A model generated the notes under the pieces. The model was not told the origin of the DNA. It saw only the letters and a list, made by a program, of their open reading frames with translations, and did no database searches. From Nostoc sp. (lineage in GTDB: Bacteria > Cyanobacteriota > Cyanobacteriia > Cyanobacteriales > Nostocaceae): a DNA stretch of 64,000 nt. How positions within the stretch are numbered: position 1 is the first letter of the stretch; each line of letters begins with the position of its first letter. The translations under genes were made by a program, and so were the position numbers. The stretch is taken from the NCBI GenBank assembly GCA_036918135.1, contig JBALDB010000046.1, forward strand, positions 32,001-96,000, in the 5' to 3' direction. This document shows, one piece after another, positions 19,835 to 29,782 of the stretch.

Positions 19835-21244
19835 ATGTTAGAAGGTTCAATTCTACAACAGCTGCAAACAGCCCATCGCCACAGTACCAGGCCAATACGA
19901 TTCGGGGTGTACTACAAAAATACCCTAGTATCTCTCTGCCATGCCTTAGAAGACCATATCCTAGCAGATGACGATCGACCTTTAGCGATCGTAGCCTTCC
20001 AACAGGGTAAATGGTATCTGCAAGAAGCCGGGCGATATGCAGACATTGCCCAACGCAGCCACAAAATTGCAATCATGGCTGCCCCTGACGCTGGCTTTGC
20101 CGAACATCCGACAAGCCTTCTACCCAATGTAGACTTAGTAGCATTAGATCCAGCAGATCCAGTAGCACAAGAGTGGCACTTAATTATTTTGTCGCCAGGC
20201 TACACAGCAATGGTAATTTGTCAAGAGCTATCGGCAGCTGATTATGGTAGCAGTGGAATACCGACATCAGACTTAGAGCGCAAATTCTATGGCTTATGGA
20301 CGTTTGAGCCACAGTTAGTGCAAGAGACAGCAGAAATAGCGATCGCTCACATCAGCAAATATAACCCAGAACTGGCAAATAAACTCATTGCTGATAAACA
20401 GGCAATATCTACAACGGGCTACGCCTACGTATCATCTACTGCCAGATTAGAAAATTTGGGTGCAGTTGTCACTCGTGTAGTCGATTATCTCCAGACTGGG
20501 CAATACAATCTATCTATCCCCACAGCCCTTGGTCAACAAACCTTAGATCGCAACTTGGTTTCTAACGAAATCCAAGCATTTTTACGGATGGCGCAACTGT
20601 TAGATATAGCAGATGTGACTAATCCAATGGCAGCTGCGGAAGTAGTAGTACTTGCCGAGACCATCGCCCAACTTTTAGATCTTCCGGCATGGCAGATAAA
20701 AAGATTGCGCCTAGCGGCTTTGTTGCATCGCATAGATCCATTACAAAAAGCAGAAAGCGTTCTTAGTTCTGATAAAGTACCCACACATTCTCAACAAGAT
20801 GCCCCCAGTTGTCCTTTAATACCAGGGGCACAGGTATTGCGAACCATGCCACGACTGCGAGCAGTTGCCCAAATTATTACTCACCAAACAGAGTGGTGGA
20901 ATGGTAGAGGGGAACCAGCAGGCTTAGTTGGAGATGAGATTCCCCTAGAGTCGAGAATTTTGGCATTATTGGCAGACTTTCAATGGCGAGTAAATCAGCG
21001 AAAATCTTCAAATCAGAGTCGCCAAGAAATATTTACTCAAGCTTTAGATGAATGCAGACAGCAACAATCTACTCGCTTTGACCCTAAACTTGTAGATACC
21101 CTAGCTTTATTAGTCATGGGTTTACAACAGGGACTCGACTTACCCATAATGACACCCAAAGTTAGTAGTGGCGTCTGGCTACTCGATTCGCAATGGGATA
21201 GCCACAGCAAGACAAGTGAGGAAATTGGTAGTTACCCCAAATGA
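19835..21244 (+). CDS. DICT sensory domain plus degenerate HD-GYP-like domain protein
   Basis: YYKNTLVSLCHALED...AFQQGKWY...QEWHLII (DICT); ALLHRID...HQTEWWNGRGEP.GL.GDEIPLESRIL...RFDP; start trimmed to MLEGS. Confidence 0.85.
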   Translation: MLEGSILQQLQTAHRHSTRPIRFGVYYKNTLVSLCHALEDHILADDDRPLAIVAFQQGKWYLQEAGRYADIAQRSHKIAIMAAPDAGFAEHPTSLLPNVDLVALDPADPVAQEWHLIILSPGYTAMVICQELSAADYGSSGIPTSDLERKFYGLWTFEPQLVQETAEIAIAHISKYNPELANKLIADKQAISTTGYAYVSSTARLENLGAVVTRVVDYLQTGQYNLSIPTALGQQTLDRNLVSNEIQAFLRMAQLLDIADVTNPMAAAEVVVLAETIAQLLDLPAWQIKRLRLAALLHRIDPLQKAESVLSSDKVPTHSQQDAPSCPLIPGAQVLRTMPRLRAVAQIITHQTEWWNGRGEPAGLVGDEIPLESRILALLADFQWRVNQRKSSNQSRQEIFTQALDECRQQQSTRFDPKLVDTLALLVMGLQQGLDLPIMTPKVSSGVWLLDSQWDSHSKTSEEIGSYPK

Positions 21245-21879
21245 ATATTGAAGCTATCAGATTAGGAAAACTCAAACAACTTCCAGGGACAAATTTAGAA
21301 GACGAGGAACTTTCCCAACTAGATTTAAACCGAATTAATCTTGCTGGTGCTACCCTTGTCGGTGCTAATTTCGCTGCTTCTAAACTCGAAGGCGGGCATT
21401 TAGAAGGAGCGAATTTAATGGGAGCAAACCTCCAAGGAACTGACTTGCGGGCGAACCTCATGGGAGCAAACCTGATGCAAGCAGATTTAACTGGTGCTGA
21501 CTTACGGGGCAGTAATCTGCGAGGTGCTAACTTAATGGGAGCCAGACTCAGCGATGTATCTTTGGCAGGTGCTTTCCTCAGTGGTGCGAATTTGATGAAT
21601 GTAAATTTGCAAGGTGTGGACTTACGCGGTGCTGACTTGCGTGGTGCAAACCTGACTGGGGCAAATCTCAAAGGTGCAGACTTAAGTCGTGCTGATTTGC
21701 AAGGGGCATTATTGAGTGAAGCAAACCTGGAAGAAGCTGACTTGCGGGGGGCGAATTTGGCGGGGGCGAATTTTTCCGGAGCGAATTTGCTCTGTGCAGA
21801 GTTAGAAGGTGCGAATTTGAGCGGCGTTAATTTGGATAAGGCGTGTGTAGTGGGTACAGTGGTTGAGACGCGGGCGTAA
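21241..21879 (+). CDS. pentapeptide repeat protein
   Basis: Continuous A(D/N)LXX repeats; start overlaps the upstream stop. Confidence 0.95.
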   Translation: MNIEAIRLGKLKQLPGTNLEDEELSQLDLNRINLAGATLVGANFAASKLEGGHLEGANLMGANLQGTDLRANLMGANLMQADLTGADLRGSNLRGANLMGARLSDVSLAGAFLSGANLMNVNLQGVDLRGADLRGANLTGANLKGADLSRADLQGALLSEANLEEADLRGANLAGANFSGANLLCAELEGANLSGVNLDKACVVGTVVETRA

Positions 21880-21901
21880 ATATTGCCCTAAAAAACCACC
21901 T

Positions 21902-22259
21902 ATGGCGATTATTTGTATTTTTGAGGGCTACCCAGAATCACACCCGTTGCCCCACAAGTCCCAATCACCGCAATTATTCCCATGCTAACCGCGATCGCAA
22001 ATCGGCAATGGCAACAGTTCAAAGAACTGGAGGCAGATTCTTTATTACAGTATAGTATAGAGGTCTAGCAAGAGGTTTTTAATTTCCGTTTCAAGCTAAT
22101 ACTATAGCAGGAGGCAGGGGGCAGTTTTTGCTGGAGGCAGGAGGTAAAAACATTACTCTTCCTGACATTCGCGCTTGTTATTATGTCCTAACTTATATAA
22201 CTACGGCTATAGATAAAGATTTTTACAGATGGCTACTTATCAAGTGGTATGGTATTTAG
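21902..22259 (+). pseudogene. decayed small hypothetical gene interrupted by a MITE
   Basis: Frame PMLTAIANRQWQQFKELEAD...EV*QEVFNFRFKLIL continues as DKDFYRWLLIKW once 22105-22211 is removed; internal TAG at 22066 and a probable frameshift near 21972. Confidence 0.55.
22105..22209. mobile_element. MITE with TA target duplication (IS630/Tc1-like ends)
   Basis: TA|TAGC...GCTA|TA; excision restores the reading frame. Confidence 0.65.
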
Positions 22260-22520
22260 TAATGCAAGTGGGCAAAGTCCACCTATGTGTATTTCAAAAA
22301 TTAAATAAGAGTTTTATATCAACATCTAGTTAGAAACCATCTAAACTCAAGAATTTTAAGAAGATAGTGATTGACTGTTTTGACGCTGTTGTAAAAAGTT
22401 GTCAACATATTCTTCTGGGAAAATTTATTTTCCTAATACCAAAACGCATTTATTACCAACTATTGTTCTTGTGTCGGCTCCACAAGTGGTCAGTGTGTAT
22501 AGTAAGGTAATGCTATCTTA

Positions 22521-23351
22521 TCAAAGAGGCGATCGCTGAGATTGCCCCCGTATCCACAACGCCAGTATACTCATCAACAATACCCCCATCACTCCTTGTA
22601 AAGGATTGTTATTTATACCAGTTACCCAATCAGGAACTTGACCAGAATATTTGATTAGTTTCCCTACATTAATGATGTAATAACCCCACACTAAACCAGC
22701 ATGCAGACCAATTGGAAAACCTAAGCGTCCTCTACGCCAGCGCTTTCCCCATACCTGCGTTAACCCTAGCAATACTAAAGCTGGAAATTGTGGTAGTGTT
22801 TGAATAATTACCGACAACGGCTTAATAAAGTGCAATGTTGCAAATGTAATTGCATCTGTCCACAGCGCCACAGGCGGACTATAATCTCGTTGTAATTCAT
22901 CTAGCAACCAGCCTCGGAATAACAATTCCTCTGCAAAACCAATGCCTAAAGCGACAACCAAACCCTCTAAAATCACTTTCAGCAAGAAAACTTTCGGTTG
23001 CTGCCATACTAACCAACCCAAAAAGCCTTCTACCCCAAAAAGTATCAGAATGTTAATTATCCCTGTAGCCAAGCCATGCAGTAAATCCACACCGTTTTGC
23101 CGCGTGAATTTTAAGCCATAATGCCGAAGAATTTGGGGCTGCTGGTAAACATGCTTACCCCATAGTATCAGGAGAAAAATAAATATTACATATAACAACA
23201 CCAATGTCAATATACTTTCTAAGTTTGAATTATGCACTAGTAAGTATATTGGTGCAGCTAAGGGTAACCATAGCAGCAATAAAGTCACAATAAAACAGCC
23301 CAGCCTGATAGGGGCAGGGCTTTCGCCTAAACGGACAAGGTTTTTTTTCAT
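22521..23351 (-). CDS. CPBP (CAAX/Abi) intramembrane metalloprotease
   Basis: EELLFRG, FATLH, PIGLHAGL motifs; multiple TM segments. Confidence 0.9.
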   Translation of the reverse strand: MKKNLVRLGESPAPIRLGCFIVTLLLLWLPLAAPIYLLVHNSNLESILTLVLLYVIFIFLLILWGKHVYQQPQILRHYGLKFTRQNGVDLLHGLATGIINILILFGVEGFLGWLVWQQPKVFLLKVILEGLVVALGIGFAEELLFRGWLLDELQRDYSPPVALWTDAITFATLHFIKPLSVIIQTLPQFPALVLLGLTQVWGKRWRRGRLGFPIGLHAGLVWGYYIINVGKLIKYSGQVPDWVTGINNNPLQGVMGVLLMSILALWIRGQSQRSPL

Positions 23352-23496
23352 ACTAAAAAGGTCAAAACAATTCGTAATTACAATTAGTAGCAGTTTTAAC
23401 TTTCCACTAAATTGTTGCTCGCTGAATTATTATTTAATGTTGCCTTTGTACGCTTTTTAATTACGAATTACGAATTACAAATTAGTAATTATTTGA

Positions 23497-23778
23497 CTAC
23501 TCATCAGGTTCAATTGTGCTACTTAAACCGTGACTTTTCAATGTTTCGCAATAGAACTCAGCATGTTCCTGAGCGCAAGTAATAACTAAAGCTAGCCCGT
23601 TAGTATGGGCTTCCATCATGATGCTAACAGCCTGAGGTTGGGTAAGGCTTGGCACAGTGGTTATTAGTACCTGTACCACGTACTCCATAGGGTTGTAGTC
23701 ATCGTTATGGAGCAAAACGCGGTACTGAGGCGCGAGCTTGCGGGATGTAGAACGCTTTTCAATGGTTTCAACTGACAC
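23497..23778 (-). CDS. clpS: ATP-dependent Clp protease adaptor ClpS
   Basis: YRVLLHNDDYNPMEYVV...IMMEAHTNG. Confidence 0.95.
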   Translation of the reverse strand: MSVETIEKRSTSRKLAPQYRVLLHNDDYNPMEYVVQVLITTVPSLTQPQAVSIMMEAHTNGLALVITCAQEHAEFYCETLKSHGLSSTIEPDE

Positions 23779-24075
23779 TGCTCTTTGCTCTTTAATCGTT
23801 AATTCACTACAACAAAGCTTCTGTCTGGCGATCGCTTAACAGTTATTTACTTATTCTATAGTATTTCTTACCAGATACTACGCTACAAAAATCCTTTGCT
23901 GCTAAGGATTGGTCGTATTAGCTTTGCGTAGGCACTTGTGAGCCATATCTCTTAAGACATCACCACCGTAAGAGTGCTACCCTAATTTTACAGAAGCTTC
24001 CTTAAAGGTAGCGCATTCTCTACTTTTAAATCAAAAAAGTTAAAAACAATCCTTGTTACTGCCTAAACTGCCTTA

Positions 24076-24444
24076 ATGATGGACATGAGTCTAGATTTTC
24101 TTCAACCGGGACAAATAGTGTCTTTAAAGCATGGTGAGAGGAATCTATATGCAGAAGTCATTCAATTTGTAGCTTCCCGCCAGTTATGCTGGGTGCGTCC
24201 TTTATTAATGGTCTCCTTGATTGAAGACTCGCCCCTAATTACCGATTTGCGCCATGCATCTGACTTGCTTTGGCCTGCCGATTTATTTCAACCAGCTTTA
24301 GACACAGAAGTAATTACCTTATTGAGCCAAGTTTTAGCAAAACAACCAAAAACAGAGCTTGACTTAGCTGGCAAAGAGCAACTCAATCAGTTTATTCATC
24401 AACTTTGGCAAGCACATCAAGAAAAATTAGGAATTGGGGATTAG
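24076..24444 (+). CDS. conserved cyanobacterial hypothetical protein
   Basis: GQIVSL...LYAEVIQ...CWVRPL...DLLWP..LF.PALDTEVI. Confidence 0.7.
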   Translation: MMDMSLDFLQPGQIVSLKHGERNLYAEVIQFVASRQLCWVRPLLMVSLIEDSPLITDLRHASDLLWPADLFQPALDTEVITLLSQVLAKQPKTELDLAGKEQLNQFIHQLWQAHQEKLGIGD

Positions 24445-24522
24445 GGATTGGGTACTGGGCATAGGGGATGAGGCATTGGACATAGTTGTCTTTCTCACCT
24501 TTTTTAATCCCCACTTTCTTGA

Positions 24523-24690
24523 TTACACTTCATGCATTATCTGAAGAATATGAGTAGGAGTCGGTTTATCTTGATCGCCAATAGCCATATTGATGATACC
24601 AACTCCCTTAGCAACGAGTTCATTGTATTTATGGATAATTTCAGCAAACAGATAGAGAGGAATTTTTTCTAGGCGTTTAGCGAACTGCAT
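24523..24690 (-). pseudogene. 5' remnant of LL-diaminopimelate/class I-II PLP aminotransferase
   Basis: Hand translation MQFAKRLEKIPLYLFAEIIHKYNELVAKGVGIINMAIGDQDKPTPTHILQIMHEV*; only 55 aa, absent from the ORF track. Confidence 0.8.
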
Positions 24691-25127
24691 GGTGATTTAT
24701 TCGGAATGCACAATCTAGAGGCTCATTAGCATAGTTTACGCCACGTTCAAGAATTTAAATAATTAATCTCATTGAAAAATATAAGCAATAATATTACCTT
24801 ATTTATCTCTACTACCTTGATAAGATTATTTATAAAGTAAATTTTAAGTAAGAGTGTCAAATAACATGGTGTGTTAAAGGATATCTGTGTTTTTTAGGAC
24901 AAATGTCTCTTGATATGCACTTAAGATACTTTACAGTAATTTTTTACTCTTTTAAAGTTTGATTTCTCCAATCTTAGTCAAATTAACTCGATATCACCAA
25001 CCAAACCTCTATGTCCAAGTAACTAAAATTAACTAATTCTAGAGATTTTAGTTAAAAGTGTTAACTTATAGATAAGTTTTGTAGTTATTTATTCTATTTT
25101 CGTGACAAAACTTAATTATGAATTATT

Positions 25128-25328
25128 TTAATATCCCAGGCTAGAAACTAACTGAATTCGACCAGCATCCATCTCTGCCATTAATAATTCCAAAGCTTCG
25201 TAGTCAACATCAGAAATGTAACCGAGTTGAGTCAGTTCTGAATTGATTTCATTTTCTATCTCGGGAGTTAATTTTTTAATATCAAGAGCTTTTTCTACCA
25301 ATTTCCGAATAGCGTACCTAGTTCTCAT
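25128..25328 (-). CDS. small hypothetical protein
   Basis: 66 aa, IRKLVEKAL...LTPEIENEI...DYEALELLM..M..G.I, a recurrent cyanobacterial small-protein pattern. Confidence 0.7.
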   Translation of the reverse strand: MRTRYAIRKLVEKALDIKKLTPEIENEINSELTQLGYISDVDYEALELLMAEMDAGRIQLVSSLGY

Positions 25329-25407
25329 AAGTAATAATCCAACTCTATAAGATATTAATTATTCAAAATAAAGCTAAGTATAAAAAGCGATCGAATACTA
25401 GTCAATT

Positions 25408-25423
25408 AGTGATATAGATCACA
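25408..25423. promoter_or_regulatory. CRP-family binding palindrome
   Basis: AGTGA-TATAGA-TCACA matches TGTGA-N6-TCACA at 9/10. Confidence 0.5.
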
Positions 25424-25798
25424 ATTTAAATTAGTTTAGATAAATAATTTGTTGTGAGTTTGCTACATATTATCAGTAACAGTAAGGTGTGAGATTTAAC
25501 TTACTGTTAAAACTTGGCTAAATTAGCTTAAGTTATAGACTGGTCAAGTTTCCTCAGAAAAGTTACGGATAATTTTTCTGCTTTAACGCTGTCTATGTTG
25601 ATTGTTTTTGAACTAAGATAAAAAAAAAGTATATGTAAACACATTTTAAACTTGAATTATGACAATCTTTAAACTGACATCCTAAAGCAATAAAGATTCA
25701 GCAAAGAAACCTAAGACATATGGTCGATGCAACAGAAAAAAGTTTATGTTCAAATAATTCTTACTTTGACGCTTCAATAATTCTCATAGGATGTAACT

Positions 25799-26128
25799 AT
25801 GCAAGCAGTGCTTCAGTATCCCAAAATTGCAGTTATTCGACCCCAAGGCTGTTTGAATGCTGCAAACGCCTTGGAATTTGAACGAGATCTTACCAGTGGG
25901 GTAACAAAAAATGATATTTCCATTTTGGTAGTAGATCTAACGGCAGTAGAATCCTTAGATAGCACAGCCTTGATGGCACTGTTATCAGCACACAAGCTGG
26001 CTGTTAGTTTAGAAAGGAGTTTCCAACTTTGCAATGTCGCTCCCTCAATTCAAATTATTTTTGAACTAACGCAACTCGATAGGGTTTTTGAAATTTTAGA
26101 AAGTGAAGCTGAATTGTCTGCAACATAA
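25799..26128 (+). CDS. STAS domain anti-sigma factor antagonist
   Basis: GCLNAANA...VDLTAVESLDSTALMAL...IIFELTQLDRVF. Confidence 0.9.
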   Translation: MQAVLQYPKIAVIRPQGCLNAANALEFERDLTSGVTKNDISILVVDLTAVESLDSTALMALLSAHKLAVSLERSFQLCNVAPSIQIIFELTQLDRVFEILESEAELSAT

Positions 26129-26287
26129 ATTTATATATAAGCGATGTAATAATTAGCAAAGTTCGGTAAGGAGCGGACTTTATGTAAATAAGTTATAAGT
26201 TGCAACGAAAAACTTTGCGATCAGACTAAATTCAATGTTAAAGTTACGGTTGAGTAACTGTAATTAAAGTAGCTCGAAGATAGCATA

Positions 26288-28993
26288 GTGGCTGTTGCAG
26301 TTGAAAAATTAATAACACCGGAAATTTTCAAACCAGCGCGTTACTTGGGTAACGAGCGCTTAGCAATACACAAACCTTGGGATACAACAACAATACGCTG
26401 GGTTTTAACCTATCCAGAAGTATACGAAGTCGGGGCATCCAATTTAGGGCATATCATTCTATATAACATTTTGAATGCCCAACCCCGTCAATTGTGCGAT
26501 CGCGCCTATTTACCAGGACAAGATCTCTGTGCCAAACTACGCCAAACGAATACACCGTTATTTGCGGTAGAGTCAAAGCGATCGCTCACAGAATTCGATA
26601 TTTTAGGTTTTAGCCTCAGTTACGAATTGGGTGCAACTAATATCCTAGAAATGTTGGATTTAGCAGGAATTCCCCTGACATGGCAAGAGAGGCAAGGAAC
26701 CACAACAGCACAGGGGTATCAAGACAGGGGAGAGTTGAGCAATACCCAGCGCTCATTTCCTCTGATTTTTGCAGGGGGACAGACAGCAACATCAAATCCT
26801 GAGCCTTACGCCGACTTCTTCGACTTTTTCGCCCTTGGAGATGGAGAAGAATTACTGCCAGAAATTGGTTTGGTATTGGAAGAAGGCAAACAAGCTCTTT
26901 TGAGTCGGGAAGATTTGTTACTAGAGTTGGCACAAATACCAGGTGTATATGTCCCCCAGTTTTACGACATGGCAGATGATGGCTCAGTTTATCCTGCGCG
27001 GCCAGGGGTGCCAAAACGTATTGTGCGAAGAGTTGCAACTCCTATTCCAGCATATTCCATTGGGCTAGTTCCCTACGTAGAAACAGTACACGACCGCTTG
27101 ACCATTGAAATTCGGCGTGGTTGCACTCGTGGCTGTCGCTTCTGTCAACCAGGAATGTTGACTCGACCAGCACGGGATGTAGAACCGGATAAAGTGGTAG
27201 AAGCAATTGAACAAGGTATGAGGGCAACTGGTTACAATGAGTTTTCTTTACTGTCTCTAAGTTGTTCTGATTATTTATCCCTACCAGCGGTGGGGATGGA
27301 AATTAAAAATCGTTTAAAAAATGAAAACATTTCTTTAAGTTTACCCAGTCAACGGGTAGACAAATTTGATGAAAATATTGCTAATATCCTTGGAGGTACG
27401 CGCCAAGGTGGACTAACGTTTGCTCCAGAGGCTGGAACTCAGCGGATGCGAGATATCGTGAATAAGGGTTTGACAAATGAAGAACTATTGCAGGGGGTGA
27501 AAACAGCTTGGGAGCAAGGCTGGAATAAAATTAAGCTATATTTTATGATTGGCTTGCCTGGTGAGACAGATGCTGATGTCTTAGGTATTGCCGAAACAGT
27601 AAGTTGGCTACAGCGCGAGTGTCGAGGCAAAGGCAGAAAACCTCTAAACTTTAATTTGACAATTTCTAACTTTACTCCCAAGCCCCATACGCCATTTCAA
27701 TGGCACTCAGTTTCTAGCACTGAATTTGGGCGCAAACAAAACCTGCTGCGGCAAGAATTCCGTCGGCTCAAGGGAGTGAAGGTAAATTTTACCGATGTGC
27801 GAATTTCAGCAATGGAGGATTTTGTTGGACGAGGCGATCGCAGTTTGGGCAAGGTAGTACGCCGCGCTTGGGAGTTGGGTGCAGGTATGGATTCATGGTA
27901 TGAGAATTTAGACCGAGCTTTTGCTGCTTGGGGAGATGCGATCGCCCAAGCTGGTCTAGATTGGAAATACCGCCAAATCGAAAATGGCGAATGGAATTTG
28001 TTTCAGGCACAGCCGCCCAAGAGCACAGAAGTACACAAGCATAGTGGAGAATACCTAACTCAAGACTGGGCAGTGAGCACTCCCCACTCCCTCGATACTC
28101 CCCTACCTTGGGATCATATTGATACAGGGATTGATAAAAAGTGGCTCAAAGAAGATTTGGAACGCGCCTTAAAAGCGGCAATTGTACCCGATTGTTCTTT
28201 TGAAGGTTGTTCTCACTGTGGCGTTTGTGGCACTGATTTTGGGCACAATATCGTCATTGAACCACCTGCCGTACCAAAATTCGCCGGCGATTTTGTGCCC
28301 GATACTGCTAAGACACAACGAATACGAGTATGGTTTGGCAAGCAAGGAAACATGGCTTTGGTGAGCCATTTAGATTTAATCCGTCTGTTTGACCGAGTTG
28401 TGCGGCGAGCAGGCTTGCCAATTGCTTTCACTGGTGGTTTTCATCCAATGCCACGAATTTCTGTAGCTACTGCTTTGGCTTTAGGAGCTACTAGCAGTGG
28501 TGAAATTGCGGATTTTGAGTTAACAATGCCCGTAGCAGTTGATACTTTTAAAGAGCAACTAATTCGAGAAATGCCCACAGACATACCTATATATCATGTG
28601 GCGCAGACCGATTTAAAAGCTAAAGCAGCTAGCCAATTATTGGTAGCCGCAGAATATTTAATCACTGTAGCAGCATTTGAGGAAGCATTGTCTAGACAAT
28701 GGCAAAACTGGATTGATACTATTAAAGCCAAAGATGAATTCTGGTACGAACAAACAACTAAGTCAGGCAAGAGCCAGTTAATAAATCTGCGCGATCGCTT
28801 GTTTGAAATGGAATTGCAACAAACCTACAATGGCACAGCAGAATCTACATCTGTTATTCGTTATCTAGGTAGCTATCGTCAAGATGGTTGGCTGTTACGT
28901 CCCGAACAAATCATATTTATGTTAGAGGCAGTAGCTAATGTAGAATTTCAACTTCGACACATCCACCGCAATCGGTTAGTTTTAGGAGTATAA
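26288..28993 (+). CDS. radical SAM protein (TIGR03960 type) fused to a C-terminal TIGR03936-like domain
   Basis: KPARYLGNE, YPEVYEVGASNLG, RGCTRGCRFC, CSHCGVC; C-terminal FGKQG...SHLDL..LFDRVVRRAGLPIAFTGGFHP. Confidence 0.9.
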   Translation: MAVAVEKLITPEIFKPARYLGNERLAIHKPWDTTTIRWVLTYPEVYEVGASNLGHIILYNILNAQPRQLCDRAYLPGQDLCAKLRQTNTPLFAVESKRSLTEFDILGFSLSYELGATNILEMLDLAGIPLTWQERQGTTTAQGYQDRGELSNTQRSFPLIFAGGQTATSNPEPYADFFDFFALGDGEELLPEIGLVLEEGKQALLSREDLLLELAQIPGVYVPQFYDMADDGSVYPARPGVPKRIVRRVATPIPAYSIGLVPYVETVHDRLTIEIRRGCTRGCRFCQPGMLTRPARDVEPDKVVEAIEQGMRATGYNEFSLLSLSCSDYLSLPAVGMEIKNRLKNENISLSLPSQRVDKFDENIANILGGTRQGGLTFAPEAGTQRMRDIVNKGLTNEELLQGVKTAWEQGWNKIKLYFMIGLPGETDADVLGIAETVSWLQRECRGKGRKPLNFNLTISNFTPKPHTPFQWHSVSSTEFGRKQNLLRQEFRRLKGVKVNFTDVRISAMEDFVGRGDRSLGKVVRRAWELGAGMDSWYENLDRAFAAWGDAIAQAGLDWKYRQIENGEWNLFQAQPPKSTEVHKHSGEYLTQDWAVSTPHSLDTPLPWDHIDTGIDKKWLKEDLERALKAAIVPDCSFEGCSHCGVCGTDFGHNIVIEPPAVPKFAGDFVPDTAKTQRIRVWFGKQGNMALVSHLDLIRLFDRVVRRAGLPIAFTGGFHPMPRISVATALALGATSSGEIADFELTMPVAVDTFKEQLIREMPTDIPIYHVAQTDLKAKAASQLLVAAEYLITVAAFEEALSRQWQNWIDTIKAKDEFWYEQTTKSGKSQLINLRDRLFEMELQQTYNGTAESTSVIRYLGSYRQDGWLLRPEQIIFMLEAVANVEFQLRHIHRNRLVLGV

Positions 28994-29782
28994 TCCCTGT
29001 ATGACAACTTGCTAGTAGTTGTCATAACATCGCAAATCATCGGAATTGATTTTTAGCAAGGTTGCGTTAGAATGAGGTGAAGAGAAATTTTCTGGCGCTG
29101 CATAGAATTAGCTGGTTCACTACCCTCGCATTCAGGGGGCGAAAGCAAAGATATTAGAGTGCAACTTCTAGGATTGTATCCCAGACAAACTGAGGCAGAT
29201 TAAAGAACACACTCTCTCTATAGCTACCTTGTGAATCAGTAATGAACAGCAGGCTCGGTTAGGTTCTCTAACTCCATGCTTTTTAAACAACTGCTGAATA
29301 TCTAATCCACAGTAGTGTCCAAGAGCTAGTGTGTTACTCTTGTAGAGTTTTACTCCTTTGGAGAACTCACTATAGAAACCAACTGCCGTCAGCTATGCCG
29401 ACCTCTAGACGCCCACAGACGCGCAAAATCAAAGCGTAGCTTGCCGTAGGCTAGGGCAACTTCAGACAAAGTAGCAACTGATGTTGCTAAATATAACCCT
29501 AAGGATAAATCTGGGGAATGGAAAATAGAAGTGGTTTCTTTTTGTTAACGACTTGACTAAGTTACTCTAAAATTAAGCATCCTGAGTTAAAAGCTGGCTC
29601 AGGATTTAGTATTTTCAACTTAGAACTTTCTTTGTTGAGGTATTGCATCACAAATCAATCACCAATGGTTGATTTAATTGCTTAAACAATATGAATATGT
29701 AGCCGTTCTGGAATCATCAAACGTGTGAATGCTCTTAAGAGTGCCAATAGCTTTTTATCTTAGAAGCTCAGGTTAACCTATA

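Noticed and set aside
21162..21671. 169-aa minus-strand ORF with repetitive RFAP/KSAP units
   Set aside because: Antisense shadow of the pentapeptide repeat gene.
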